64,000 nt of DNA, taken from contig JBGAJA010000002.1 of NCBI GenBank assembly GCA_044225175.1, forward strand, positions 82,917 to 146,916, in the 5' to 3' direction. The position numbers and the translations under genes were made by a program. Positions within the stretch are counted from its first letter, which is position 1. Each line of letters begins with the position of its first letter. Source of the DNA: Candidatus Omnitrophota bacterium. Lineage in GTDB: Bacteria; Omnitrophota; Gorgyraeia; Zapsychrales; Fredricksoniimonadaceae. The notes beneath the pieces were generated by a model. The model worked only from the letters and a program-made list of their open reading frames with translations, did no database searches and had not been told where the DNA came from. This document shows positions 45,864-55,372 of the stretch, in pieces.

Positions 45864-46508
45864 ATGGGTCATATGGAACACATTAAAGACATCCTTGATG
45901 TTTTTCTTCACCTAGACCATCATATCAGCAATTTACAAGCCATGTGCGGTTCCTGGACGTATGTGGTTTTATTTCTCATTATTTTTTGTGAAACCGGCCT
46001 TGTCATTATTCCTTTTCTTCCAGGAGATTCATTGCTTTTTGTCTTAGGTGCTCTTTGTGCCTCTGGAACTTTCAATATCTTAATCCTCGGGCCCTTATTG
46101 CTGGTCGCAGCTGTATTAGGCAACACCATCAATTATTTAATTGGGACAAAAATGGCTCATATCATTGAGAATAAAGAACAAAAGCTGATTGATCCTAAAC
46201 ATTTGCAAAGCACCCACCAATTCTTTGAAAAATATGGAAGCAAAGCTATTGTGCTGACCCGTTTCTTACCTATTTTAAGAACCATTGCCCCGTTCTTAGC
46301 AGGGGTTGGAAAAATGGATTACCGCAAATTTACCTTTTATAATTTTATTGGCGGGTTCTTATGGGTAACAATCGGTCTTGGGGCTGGATGGTTGTTTGGA
46401 CAATTGCCTTGGGTTAAAGAAAATTTCTCTTTAGTAGTACTTGCAATTGTAGTGATCTCTCTTATCCCTGCTGGTATTGAATTCTGGAAGCACAAAAAGC
46501 AAATTTAA
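45864..46508 (+). CDS. dedA: DedA/VTT-domain membrane protein
   Basis: ...FCETGLVIIPFLPGDSLLF.... Confidence 0.75.
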   Translation: MGHMEHIKDILDVFLHLDHHISNLQAMCGSWTYVVLFLIIFCETGLVIIPFLPGDSLLFVLGALCASGTFNILILGPLLLVAAVLGNTINYLIGTKMAHIIENKEQKLIDPKHLQSTHQFFEKYGSKAIVLTRFLPILRTIAPFLAGVGKMDYRKFTFYNFIGGFLWVTIGLGAGWLFGQLPWVKENFSLVVLAIVVISLIPAGIEFWKHKKQI

Positions 46509-47941
46509 ATCTCTGTAATAATGGTATCTGCTTTAGGAAAATCTTGATCTTCTTCTTTAAGTATCAAAAGAAAAGTATCCACAACATCGGGATGGAATTG
46601 GGTTCCTCTATTATTGACTAGTTGCTCAATTGCCTTTTCTTTGCTCAAAGCATATCGATACGCCCGACTGGAAATCATCGCATCATAGCTGTCGGCCACA
46701 GTTACAATGGCCACCATTAAAGGAATATTATCTTTAGCTAATCCATCCGGATATCCCTTACCGTCGAAACGTTCATGGTGGTTTCGAACAATAGATAAAA
46801 GTTGAGGATCATTGACCATAGGACGCAAGATTTGTTCTCCTAAAACAGGGTGTGTCTTAATAATGTCCCATTCAGAAGAAGTTAAGTCACCTGGTTTAAG
46901 TAAAATGCTGTCTCTTACACCAACTTTTCCGATGTCATGAAGAAGAACTATTCTTTTAAAATTCTCAACTAGCTGCGGATTGAGTCCCATGCGAAGGGCT
47001 ATTTTTTCTGAATAGTATGCAACTGCTTCAGAATGACCCAAAGTATAGTGATCTTTGGCTTCCAAAAGCATCATCAGTGATTTTACGGAATCATAAAAAT
47101 AACTGTTCAGCTTTTTTTGTGATTCGTGCAGCCCCCTTGCCATTTCATTAAAAGCTTTTGCCAATTGAGAAATTTCGTCATTCCCCTTCACTCTGACCTG
47201 ATAATGTAAGTTTCCTTCGTTAATATAGTTAATCCCTCTCGTAAGCTGGGTAATAGGTCCTACAACTCGCCGTGAAATAAAGAATCCTAAAACCATTGCA
47301 AAGAGAGCTCCTACTGCTAATAAAAGCAAAGACGTGTTACGAATTTGGTTTTCCATGATATAGATATTGCTAGCATCCATATCAACTCCTAAAACAGCTA
47401 TAGGTCTGCCTAGGCCATCTCTAATGGGAGCATAACCCGAAAGCGTTGTTCCCCATTCATCTTTCTCTAACTTTAAATCTGCTCCTGAAACATCAAAACC
47501 TTTGACCATTTCTGAAAATCTATTTGCATCATAGGCTTCTCCCGGAGTAGATCCTTTTTGAAGAACACCATTTTCTCCCTCTTCGTCCAAATCCACTAAA
47601 AATTTCCAAACCTTTCCGCTGTCCGATTTTGTTAAAATATAAATGTATTTAATTTGTGGGTTGGCTACCTTAATATTCTTAAGCTGCTGGCTAATGATTT
47701 GATACCCCTGAGTATTGACACCTTCTTTAGTCAAAGGTATTTGGGCCAAGTATTCCGAATTGATGGTCATGGCTGCTGTACGAGCCAGAGTTTTTAGATA
47801 GGTGCGGCGACTTTCGAATTGTGTTTTGACGGTAAATTGATAAATGATCACGTCACCTAAAGAGACAAGGATGACCATGGAGCTTATTATTGCGAGGGTA
47901 ACACGAAAACCAAATGATCCTATAGACTTTTTGATATACAC
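46505..47941 (-). CDS. Membrane sensor with periplasmic domain, HAMP and HD-GYP c-di-GMP phosphodiesterase domains
   Basis: LLHDIGK...HHERFDGKGYPDGL. Confidence 0.8.
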   Translation of the reverse strand: MYIKKSIGSFGFRVTLAIISSMVILVSLGDVIIYQFTVKTQFESRRTYLKTLARTAAMTINSEYLAQIPLTKEGVNTQGYQIISQQLKNIKVANPQIKYIYILTKSDSGKVWKFLVDLDEEGENGVLQKGSTPGEAYDANRFSEMVKGFDVSGADLKLEKDEWGTTLSGYAPIRDGLGRPIAVLGVDMDASNIYIMENQIRNTSLLLLAVGALFAMVLGFFISRRVVGPITQLTRGINYINEGNLHYQVRVKGNDEISQLAKAFNEMARGLHESQKKLNSYFYDSVKSLMMLLEAKDHYTLGHSEAVAYYSEKIALRMGLNPQLVENFKRIVLLHDIGKVGVRDSILLKPGDLTSSEWDIIKTHPVLGEQILRPMVNDPQLLSIVRNHHERFDGKGYPDGLAKDNIPLMVAIVTVADSYDAMISSRAYRYALSKEKAIEQLVNNRGTQFHPDVVDTFLLILKEEDQDFPKADTIITEI

Positions 47942-48027
47942 TCTCTTTCTTTAACCTTTCAAGATCTAAAGCTCCTCTATTAAGTATATCCGTCTATATT
48001 TTAAAATCCAAATTTTGAATTCTCCAT

Positions 48028-48432
48028 CTAGAATATAATTCCTTCATTATCACCTGCTTGCAGATAGCGAGTCAAAATGGTGGTATTCCCAACATCCGCC
48101 AATTTTGAGAAACTTTCTTCCATCCACTTAACCCATTTTATATTTGAAGCATCATCCGAATTGAATCTGATGCCGCACAAATAATGAGCTTTGTTTTCTC
48201 CCACCTTCCTAAACCACACCAGCTTTCCTTTCTGAGGAAGCGTCGGTGTTTCTTCACATTTTAATGAAAGAGTCATTCCATGTTCTGGGGAAAAAAGACG
48301 GTCGGTCTCAAAAAGCATACCTGTTTTACTGACATTAAATGCAGTGCCTTTTCCTTCGGTTTTCTGATCTGTGACTGACCAATCTAAATCTATTTGTTGA
48401 CGTAAACGAAAACTCTGACGATTTTCTATCAT
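48028..48432 (-). CDS. PilZ domain protein
   Basis: RQSFR (RxxxR) and NVSKTG (D/NxSxxG) motifs. Confidence 0.6.
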   Translation of the reverse strand: MIENRQSFRLRQQIDLDWSVTDQKTEGKGTAFNVSKTGMLFETDRLFSPEHGMTLSLKCEETPTLPQKGKLVWFRKVGENKAHYLCGIRFNSDDASNIKWVKWMEESFSKLADVGNTTILTRYLQAGDNEGIIF

Positions 48433-48562
48433 AGTATCCTCCTCGTAGTAAATTTCATTCTACCCAAAATGAAACCCCTTTGCAAAATAATTATCCATGA
48501 GAAATATTACATCTTATTGATGTGCTATGATGGTTTAATGACCTGTCCTAAGTGAGGATAAC

Positions 48563-49675
48563 TTGAAGAAAAACATTTTTTATACTATTGCCTTCATTAT
48601 TTTACTTTCCAATGGATTTTACTTATCTTCTCAAAAACCCTTGTGGAGCGATGAAATTCTCTCTCAAACACTTACCATTAATCAAAGCTATTCTGATCTC
48701 TTGCTTAAAAAAAATCCTCAAGAAGGAAACGTGTCTCCTCTGTTTTATATTCTTCAGAAATCCTTTTGTGATCTCTTTGGATTTCGGACTCCTACTCCTT
48801 GGTTAAATGGGCACTGGGAATACCGAGATATGGCTGCAAATATTTTCTTAAGAATTCTTCCGGTTGTTTGGATGTCCTTGTCCTTCTTGCTTTTTCTCAT
48901 CTACTTTTCAAAACGTTTTAATCTTTGGGTAGGAATCTTTAGTTTATCTCTAGCGCTTTCTTCCTCCATGTTATGGTCATATTGGGCAGAGGCGCGACCC
49001 TATGGTCTTTGGATTCTTCTAACTGTCTGTCAAATGATTATATTTTGTGAATTATTTCAAAAACAGCCTTTCCAGCTTAAAAAGTGGGTTTTATTATCCT
49101 TGGTTCATCTAGCCTTGAGTCTTACTTGTGCCCTAAGCTTTGTTCAAATTAGCGTTATTTATTTTCTCTTATTCTTAAAAGAACGCCGATGGATTCAATG
49201 CATCTTTCTCTTACTGCTTCCTCTTTGTTTTATTTATTTCTACAAGCCTATTTCTTCATTTAACAATGTTCTTGTAATAGCTCCAGTTAACGAACTAATT
49301 TTTAATACTATTCCTAAAGAAAAACTCTGGGTGCTGTGTCTTTATCCTTTAATGCTCACATTAGTTCTTCTGTATAAAAGATTTTCTGAAACTTATGGGC
49401 CTGAGAGTGAGACGTTCAAAAAATGTTTGCCTTTGTTTACAGCGATTTACTTAATGATTTTGTCGGTTGTTCTTTTTCTTGCTTATTTAAAATCTCATTC
49501 GACAGGATCATCTCAAATGATCCTGTCGAGACATGTGATATTCTTGGTTCCTTTAGGTGTGTTTGGAATTTCTTATTTGGTAGGTACTCTATGGGAGACA
49601 GTTAAGCAGCCTTGGTGGCTTAACTTGTTCATCTTTATTCTTATTACGTTACTCTTAATTCCAACCTATCGATAA
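48563..49675 (+). CDS. Polytopic membrane protein (possibly a GT-C-like glycosyltransferase); TTG start after a GAGGA Shine-Dalgarno
   Basis: 370 aa with about 10 TM segments. Confidence 0.45.
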   Translation: MKKNIFYTIAFIILLSNGFYLSSQKPLWSDEILSQTLTINQSYSDLLLKKNPQEGNVSPLFYILQKSFCDLFGFRTPTPWLNGHWEYRDMAANIFLRILPVVWMSLSFLLFLIYFSKRFNLWVGIFSLSLALSSSMLWSYWAEARPYGLWILLTVCQMIIFCELFQKQPFQLKKWVLLSLVHLALSLTCALSFVQISVIYFLLFLKERRWIQCIFLLLLPLCFIYFYKPISSFNNVLVIAPVNELIFNTIPKEKLWVLCLYPLMLTLVLLYKRFSETYGPESETFKKCLPLFTAIYLMILSVVLFLAYLKSHSTGSSQMILSRHVIFLVPLGVFGISYLVGTLWETVKQPWWLNLFIFILITLLLIPTYR

Positions 49676-49683
49676 ATTCAAAT

Positions 49684-50457
49684 TTATTTGCCTTGTTCCT
49701 GAAATAGTGCCACTGTCGCATCTAATATCTCTGAAGGTTTAGCATATTCGCACATAAGTTTTACACCCGTCTTATGAGCAAAATGTTCCATGACGGCTTT
49801 ATCATGTTTATAATTTTTTCGAATATATAAAATGTATTTTGTTTCTTTTCTTTTCATGAGCTGTTGAAGCCTAAGTATCACAAGATCTCCTGACAGATCA
49901 TTTAAACCTAAGCTAATAACGGCCAAATCAGGAGGATTATTCATGACCTTCTCAATACCAGCAAGTCCGCTGGTTGCAATCTCACTTTTATATCCCACAT
50001 GGGCCAAAATGCAGCTGATCTTTTGCGCCGATTCCAAATTATCATCTACAATTACAATCCTTCTAGCTGTACCATCTGTTTTTCTCCAATATTGCTTATT
50101 TAAAATAGCTTCTATTTTACTGAGCAATTCGTTTCCACCAAATGGCTTCATAATAAATCCATCTACATACAAATCTTTAAATAGTTCGGTCAAATTTGAA
50201 CGACCCGTCAAAACTAATATCGGATACCTGGGTCTTTCTTCCTGACCACATAGATTCTGATAAAATTCAATCCCATTCATTTTTGGCATTCCTAAATCTA
50301 GTAGAATCAAATCAGGTTTCATTTTCTTAAGCTTTTCAAGGCCCTCTTTACCATTGGTTGCAATTTCTGTACCATATCCATCTGCTTCAATACATTCCGC
50401 ATACAATTCGGCTAGTTCTGGATCATCTTCAAGAATCAGGATTTTTTTATCCATCAT
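49684..50457 (-). CDS. Tandem receiver (REC-REC) response regulator without an output domain
   Basis: Two CheY-like domains (ILLDLGMPKMNG and VISLGLNDLSG). Confidence 0.75.
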   Translation of the reverse strand: MMDKKILILEDDPELAELYAECIEADGYGTEIATNGKEGLEKLKKMKPDLILLDLGMPKMNGIEFYQNLCGQEERPRYPILVLTGRSNLTELFKDLYVDGFIMKPFGGNELLSKIEAILNKQYWRKTDGTARRIVIVDDNLESAQKISCILAHVGYKSEIATSGLAGIEKVMNNPPDLAVISLGLNDLSGDLVILRLQQLMKRKETKYILYIRKNYKHDKAVMEHFAHKTGVKLMCEYAKPSEILDATVALFQEQGK

Positions 50458-50660
50458 TATTCACCTGCCTCTCTAATTCAAGTATGACATGCCACGATGC
50501 TATAACAACCGGTTTTCAGCCTTTGTAAGAAAACGTTTTCTTAAATAAAAATACTTTCCCCTTCTGGGGAAAGCGTGGTGTGACTTTTCTGATTACCTGC
50601 TTAAAGCAGGCGGTTCATGCGGGATACTTAGGCGGTCGGTCATGCAGATTATGCTGAAGT

Positions 50661-50930
50661 TTATTGAACCGTTTTTCTAATAGAGTCCGCAGCCTCACGA
50701 CCCATAGTCTTAAGGTCGTTTCCTGCGTCTTGAACAGTTGCTTTAATATCATTTCCGTTGCTTCTAAAAAGAGGTCGGCCTTCTGCTAAAACCCAAATAA
50801 CTAAAACAACTAAAACCAAAGTGAGCACCCCTGTTGGGGCATATCCCCAAGAAGAACTATAAGACCAGGTTGGAAGAGCTCCTAAAACCAAAATTAAAAG
50901 GATTAATAGCAAAACTGTTTCATTGGTCAT
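50661..50930 (-). CDS. DUF3309-like small membrane protein
   Basis: LLILLILVLGALPTWSYSSSWGYAPTG. Confidence 0.5.
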   Translation of the reverse strand: MTNETVLLLILLILVLGALPTWSYSSSWGYAPTGVLTLVLVVLVIWVLAEGRPLFRSNGNDIKATVQDAGNDLKTMGREAADSIRKTVQ

Positions 50931-50945
50931 TACATTTCTCCATTA

Positions 50946-51398
50946 TTATTTTGCTAAAGCAAGGCGATTTTCTTGCATTTGTGATGAAACTTCTGCAAAC
51001 TGAGTAAGCATTTCATTTTTAGAATTCAAACGAGTAATTTTAATATTGCCTTGGGTTAATTTAACAGTTCGCCCAGTCTCCTCTTTAATGATGGCTTCAA
51101 TTTGAGCAATACTTGTTGTCTTTGGGTCAAATTTAACTTGTCTTAAATCTTTATTGTTTGAGACCGATAGAGCTGGTAAATAAATCGTTCCATTGCTAAA
51201 GTCAACGGCAAAGGCAATAATACCTGGAATTAAGAAAAATAATAACCCGATAGCATCAAGAATCACAACTCCTGCATCCAAATGTCCAGATTTTTGTCCA
51301 CGGCGTTCAGGATAAAGAAGTGTTCCACATCCTACTAATTGAAAACTCAAAACTGCAACAATAACACTTTTAAAAATTTTATTGATGGTTATTTCCAT
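50946..51398 (-). CDS. Hypothetical membrane or lipoprotein
   Basis: ORF with hydrophobic segments. Confidence 0.4.
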   Translation of the reverse strand: MEITINKIFKSVIVAVLSFQLVGCGTLLYPERRGQKSGHLDAGVVILDAIGLLFFLIPGIIAFAVDFSNGTIYLPALSVSNNKDLRQVKFDPKTTSIAQIEAIIKEETGRTVKLTQGNIKITRLNSKNEMLTQFAEVSSQMQENRLALAK

Positions 51399-51400
51399 AA

Positions 51401-52108
51401 TTAATCTCCTAGGATAGTGACTGGTTCCTCTTTCCCTTGTTTAAGGGCATCAAGGTGGCTATAAATTTTTTGAGATTTATAGACAAGTATGCATAAGGCA
51501 GCAAATGATACTGCCACAAAAAAGGGAAAGATTTGAACAAGCAAATTTTTCCCTGTAAAAAGTAGCACTGTATTAAAAATAATAAGTGTCCAGCGCAATT
51601 CCGATACACCAAAATAATTGCAGCTAATTTTAAAGTTATTAGTAATCGCAAAATCCATAAGAGTGTGTACCATGAATCCGGCAGTAAAACCTAGACAGAG
51701 TAAAGTCAAAAGGCTGTAGGATGGAGGCAGTAAAAAGGAGTACCCTACCACAATAGAGGCTAGAAACACATAATCTAGAAAATGGTCCATGTAAAAACCC
51801 CATTTAATCAAACCTGTATTACGAAGCCGTCCAACCGCTCCATCTAGCATATCCGTTATATATTGAGCAAAAATACAAAAACTAAACACCCCAAGCCAAC
51901 GAATATCTTCCTGGGCTAGATATCCCGATAGTACAATGACGCTAGACCAAATGATCGTCATCAAGGTAAGATGCGCTGTACCGATTGGTTTAGGCACATG
52001 AGGAACCGCCCAATCCAAGAACTTCTTTTCATAAGGAACAAGAAAGTGGATCAGATTCTTTTTATCGCCGGCAAATTCTTCTTTAGTTGTAGTTACGATC
52101 GTATTCAT
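51401..52108 (-). CDS. CDP-alcohol phosphatidyltransferase family protein
   Basis: DMLDGAVGRLRNTGLIKWGFYMDHFLD matches Dx2DGx2ARx8Gx3Dx3D. The start is trimmed to ATG 52108 so that it does not overlap the tRNA. Confidence 0.6.
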   Translation of the reverse strand: MNTIVTTTKEEFAGDKKNLIHFLVPYEKKFLDWAVPHVPKPIGTAHLTLMTIIWSSVIVLSGYLAQEDIRWLGVFSFCIFAQYITDMLDGAVGRLRNTGLIKWGFYMDHFLDYVFLASIVVGYSFLLPPSYSLLTLLCLGFTAGFMVHTLMDFAITNNFKISCNYFGVSELRWTLIIFNTVLLFTGKNLLVQIFPFFVAVSFAALCILVYKSQKIYSHLDALKQGKEEPVTILGD

Positions 52109-52187
52109 GATGGAAGTATATCTTGATGGAGATGAAGGCAGGATGAAGAGAAGATTAAATATAATTAATAGTTGGTTTAGACTATCA

Positions 52188-52259
52188 TTGCCTCGTCTGG
52201 ACTCGAACCAGAATACTGAGATCCAGAATCTCATGTCCTACCAATTAGACGACAAGGCA
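52188..52259 (-). tRNA. tRNA-Gln (anticodon CUG)
   Basis: Hand-folded cloverleaf. Acceptor TGCCTTG/CGAGGCA (U1-A72), D-stem GTCT/GGAC, anticodon stem TGAGA/TCTCA with loop TTCTGGA, T-stem TCTGG/CCAGA, T-loop TTCGAGT. Confidence 0.8.
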
Positions 52260-52319
52260 TAAAATAAGAAACCGCCGTCCCACTATAGTGAGACAGCGGT
52301 TTTTAAAATCATAAGTTAT

Positions 52320-52508
52320 TTACCACAGATGTTTCTTGATCCAGTCATCTGCATTGGCTAGCATATTATCTTCGTGTGGTTGATCTTCCTTTAATAGCTG
52401 ATTAGGCTCATTGGTTTCTGAAAAAGGTTGGGTAATGGCGTATTTTAAGGATTCGCATCCTGTTAAGAAAGCCGTCATCACTAGAAGTATTAAGAATTTT
52501 TTCATCAT
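52320..52508 (-). CDS. Small lipoprotein (lipobox LTGC)
   Basis: Signal peptide plus Cys. Confidence 0.4.
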   Translation of the reverse strand: MMKKFLILLVMTAFLTGCESLKYAITQPFSETNEPNQLLKEDQPHEDNMLANADDWIKKHLW

Positions 52509-52519
52509 ATTTTCCTCAA

Positions 52520-53797
52520 TTAATTGTTCACCATTGCTTTTAAACGTTCTACGGTTTTGGATTGCCCAAGAACTGCCATTGTTTCAAACAAACCAGGCCC
52601 TACAGCTCTGCCTGTCAACGCCACTCGAACGGGATGAACTAAATCTCCCGCCTTTATGCCCAACTGCTCAACCACTGATCGAAAAGCCTCTTCAGCTGTT
52701 TTTGCATTAAATTCTGTAAGCTTTGATTCAGATTCAGCCAAAAGAGCAAACTCCTTGGATCGGTCTTCAGAAAGATGTTTTTCTTTAGCTTCTGGATCAA
52801 AATTGACTGCATCGCTAAAAATAAAATCTGTCCACTCCAAAAAGTCCTTCAAAGTCGACATCCGACCTTTGAATAAGTTTACAATACTTTCCATGGCTTT
52901 GCCATCCGGGATTGGTTTATCCTGGTATTTCTCTTTAAGAAAAGGAATGAGCAATTCCGTTAGTTTCGCTACATCCATATTCTTTATATACTCACCATTG
53001 AGCCATTTAAGCTTATCTAAAGAGAAAACTGCTCCAGCTTTATTAATCTTCTTGATGGAGAAATTTTTAACCGCTGTTGCAAGCGTCACTTTTTCCTGAT
53101 TATTACCAGGAGACCATCCTAAAAGCATCAAATAATTGATGACAGCTTCTGACAAAAATCCTTCGCGGCGATATTCAGTAACAGCAACTGCGCCCGCTCT
53201 TTTAGACATACGAGCCCTCTCATCATCTAATATCAAAGGCAAATGAGCAAATTTAGGAGGTTTAAAACCTAACGCTTCGTAAATAACAATCTGCTTTGGA
53301 GTATTCGAAATATGATCTTCCCCTCGAATGACACAAGAAATTTCCATGAGCGCATCATCGATAACACAAGCAAAACTATACGTGGGTGATCCATCCGACT
53401 TCATGAGTACTTGGTCTTTAATTTCTTTTGAATCCACAACAATTTCATCACGAATAAGATCATACAGTTTAATGACCTTTTCTGGCATCTTCAAAATGAC
53501 TGCTTCACCATCTTTATAAGCTTTACCCTCATCTAAAAGTTTTTGGGCATATTGACGATAAATATCAAAACGATCGCTTTGCTTATAAAATTCATCCCAT
53601 GACAGCCCCAGCCACTGCATGCTGTCCATAATCTCATCTAAATACTCCTGTTTAGAACGCAGCTGGTCTGTGTCTTCAATACGGAGGATAAACTTTCCAC
53701 CTTGTGCTTTAGCATACATCCAGTTAAATAATGCTGTGCGTGCACCGCCTATATGAAGAAAACCGGTTGGTGAAGGAGCAAATCGAACTCTAGTCAT
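52520..53797 (-). CDS. gltX: Glutamyl-tRNA synthetase (short form)
   Basis: RFAPSPTGFLHIGGARTALFNW...KMSKR-like MSKR motif. Confidence 0.85.
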   Translation of the reverse strand: MTRVRFAPSPTGFLHIGGARTALFNWMYAKAQGGKFILRIEDTDQLRSKQEYLDEIMDSMQWLGLSWDEFYKQSDRFDIYRQYAQKLLDEGKAYKDGEAVILKMPEKVIKLYDLIRDEIVVDSKEIKDQVLMKSDGSPTYSFACVIDDALMEISCVIRGEDHISNTPKQIVIYEALGFKPPKFAHLPLILDDERARMSKRAGAVAVTEYRREGFLSEAVINYLMLLGWSPGNNQEKVTLATAVKNFSIKKINKAGAVFSLDKLKWLNGEYIKNMDVAKLTELLIPFLKEKYQDKPIPDGKAMESIVNLFKGRMSTLKDFLEWTDFIFSDAVNFDPEAKEKHLSEDRSKEFALLAESESKLTEFNAKTAEEAFRSVVEQLGIKAGDLVHPVRVALTGRAVGPGLFETMAVLGQSKTVERLKAMVNN

Positions 53798-53802
53798 AAT
53801 CC

Positions 53803-54165
53803 TTATAAACCATTCTGTTGTGTCGATATTTTTTCGACTAATTCTTTAATAAATTTTTTTTGAGCCTCATTTAAATCTTCAAATGTTATTCCAACTGAAA
53901 AATTGGCCTTTAAATCGTTTGGGATATTGACAAATTGTCTGCAGCGAAGAATCCTTCCTGAACATTCAAAAAGAATATTGTCAACAAACTCCATTCTGAT
54001 GTCTACTTTAGCCCCCACCATAAGCCCATGATCAATATTAACTAAAATCCCGCCCGCTCCAATATTAACTGTATTTGTCAGTATCGTATTAAACCCGTTT
54101 TTTTCCCATAGGGTGATTGAGCACTTGCATGTAACTCTTGGGAATTTGCGATTTTCGTAGGACAT
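53803..54165 (-). CDS. PilZ domain protein
   Basis: RKFPRV, NIGAGG. Confidence 0.6.
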   Translation of the reverse strand: MSYENRKFPRVTCKCSITLWEKNGFNTILTNTVNIGAGGILVNIDHGLMVGAKVDIRMEFVDNILFECSGRILRCRQFVNIPNDLKANFSVGITFEDLNEAQKKFIKELVEKISTQQNGL

Positions 54166-54167
54166 AA

Positions 54168-54560
54168 TTAATACGTCATTTTTAAAACAGTAGCTCCATT
54201 TTTAACCACACGATCAATCGTATCTTTAAGATGCTCTTTTTGTTTAGCTGGTAGAGAGACAAATTCAATACCGACATCATAAAAGAGAGGCTTGACTGAT
54301 TCATCTGATTTTCTTCTGACCACCCAAACCACTTTTCCAATTGTTTTAATATGGTCTTGGGCGTCTAATAAGTCGATTTCCAACTCAACATCTGTAAATA
54401 ATTTGACTTCTTTTTTGACAGTGACAGAAACTCCGCCAATTCCTATGTTTTCTGTGTGTGTCAAAAAGGTGGGAACATCTTTTTGTTTACTGACAAGCTT
54501 GATCATACAAGGATAAAGTACTCGTGGAAATTTGCGACGATTTTCACCTTCCCAACTCAT
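54168..54560 (-). CDS. PilZ domain protein
   Basis: RRKFPRV, NIGIGG. Confidence 0.6.
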   Translation of the reverse strand: MSWEGENRRKFPRVLYPCMIKLVSKQKDVPTFLTHTENIGIGGVSVTVKKEVKLFTDVELEIDLLDAQDHIKTIGKVVWVVRRKSDESVKPLFYDVGIEFVSLPAKQKEHLKDTIDRVVKNGATVLKMTY

Positions 54561-54563
54561 AGA

Positions 54564-55364
54564 TTATCCCCCTTGGCTGTTTGGTTCAGGCCTTTGAAGG
54601 CGAACAATTGTGTTTGCCTTGCCTGTTTGTTCGTCAATATTAATGAGAACACCACTAATAGTTGCCTCGCTTTGGGCAACTTCAAATTTCTGAGGAAGAC
54701 TTGTTAAAAAACGTTTGATGATACGATCTTTGTCTTGGCCGATCACGGAATCGTAGGGTCCGCTCATTCCAAGATCTGTAATATAAGCTGTGCCGTTGGA
54801 GAGAATCTTTTCATCAGCTGTTTGAATGTGTGTGTGTGTTCCAACTACGCCTGAGACTCTGCCATTCGCATAATGTCCCATTGCCACCTTCTCACTTGTT
54901 GTTTCAGCATGCATATCAAGAATGATAATATTAGTTTGGGATGCTAAATCTTTAATAGCCTCGTCTAAGCAACGAAAAGGACAATTGACATTATAACGCA
55001 TAAAAGAACGGCCTAACAAATTAATTACACCGACCTTGCGTCCATTGGCAGCTGTGACAACGCTCCAGCCTCGCCCTGGGGCTCCGTCGGGAAAATTACC
55101 CGGACGAACAATATTATCATTGTCCTGAAGATAGGGCTGAATCTCTGGTTTGTCCCATACATGATCACCCAGCGTGATTGCATCTGCTCCGCTGGCAAAA
55201 ATCTCTTGGGCATGCTTAGGTAAAATCCCGCTTCCACCAGCAGAATTTTCTCCATTAACGATTGTAAAATCAACAGCCAATTCTGTCTTGATCAAAGGCA
55301 GGTATTTAGCTAAAGCTTCTCTCCCTGGACGTCCTACAATGTCGCCAATACATAAAATATTCAT
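54564..55364 (-). CDS. ymdB: YmdB-family metallophosphoesterase (2',3'-cyclic-nucleotide phosphodiesterase)
   Basis: MNILCIGDIVGRPGR...GNHVWD. It lies immediately downstream of rny, as in Bacillus. Confidence 0.85.
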   Translation of the reverse strand: MNILCIGDIVGRPGREALAKYLPLIKTELAVDFTIVNGENSAGGSGILPKHAQEIFASGADAITLGDHVWDKPEIQPYLQDNDNIVRPGNFPDGAPGRGWSVVTAANGRKVGVINLLGRSFMRYNVNCPFRCLDEAIKDLASQTNIIILDMHAETTSEKVAMGHYANGRVSGVVGTHTHIQTADEKILSNGTAYITDLGMSGPYDSVIGQDKDRIIKRFLTSLPQKFEVAQSEATISGVLINIDEQTGKANTIVRLQRPEPNSQGG

Positions 55365-55372
55365 ATTTTTCT

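Noticed and set aside
50458-50660. 200-nt intergenic region with several hairpins, considered as a structured ncRNA (for example 6S or a riboswitch)
   Set aside because: The hairpins resolve into an intrinsic terminator for the upstream DUF3309 gene (CUUUCCCC-agaa-GGGGAAAG + U-run) and promoter/ribosome-binding sequence for the REC-REC gene. No conserved ncRNA architecture was recognisable.
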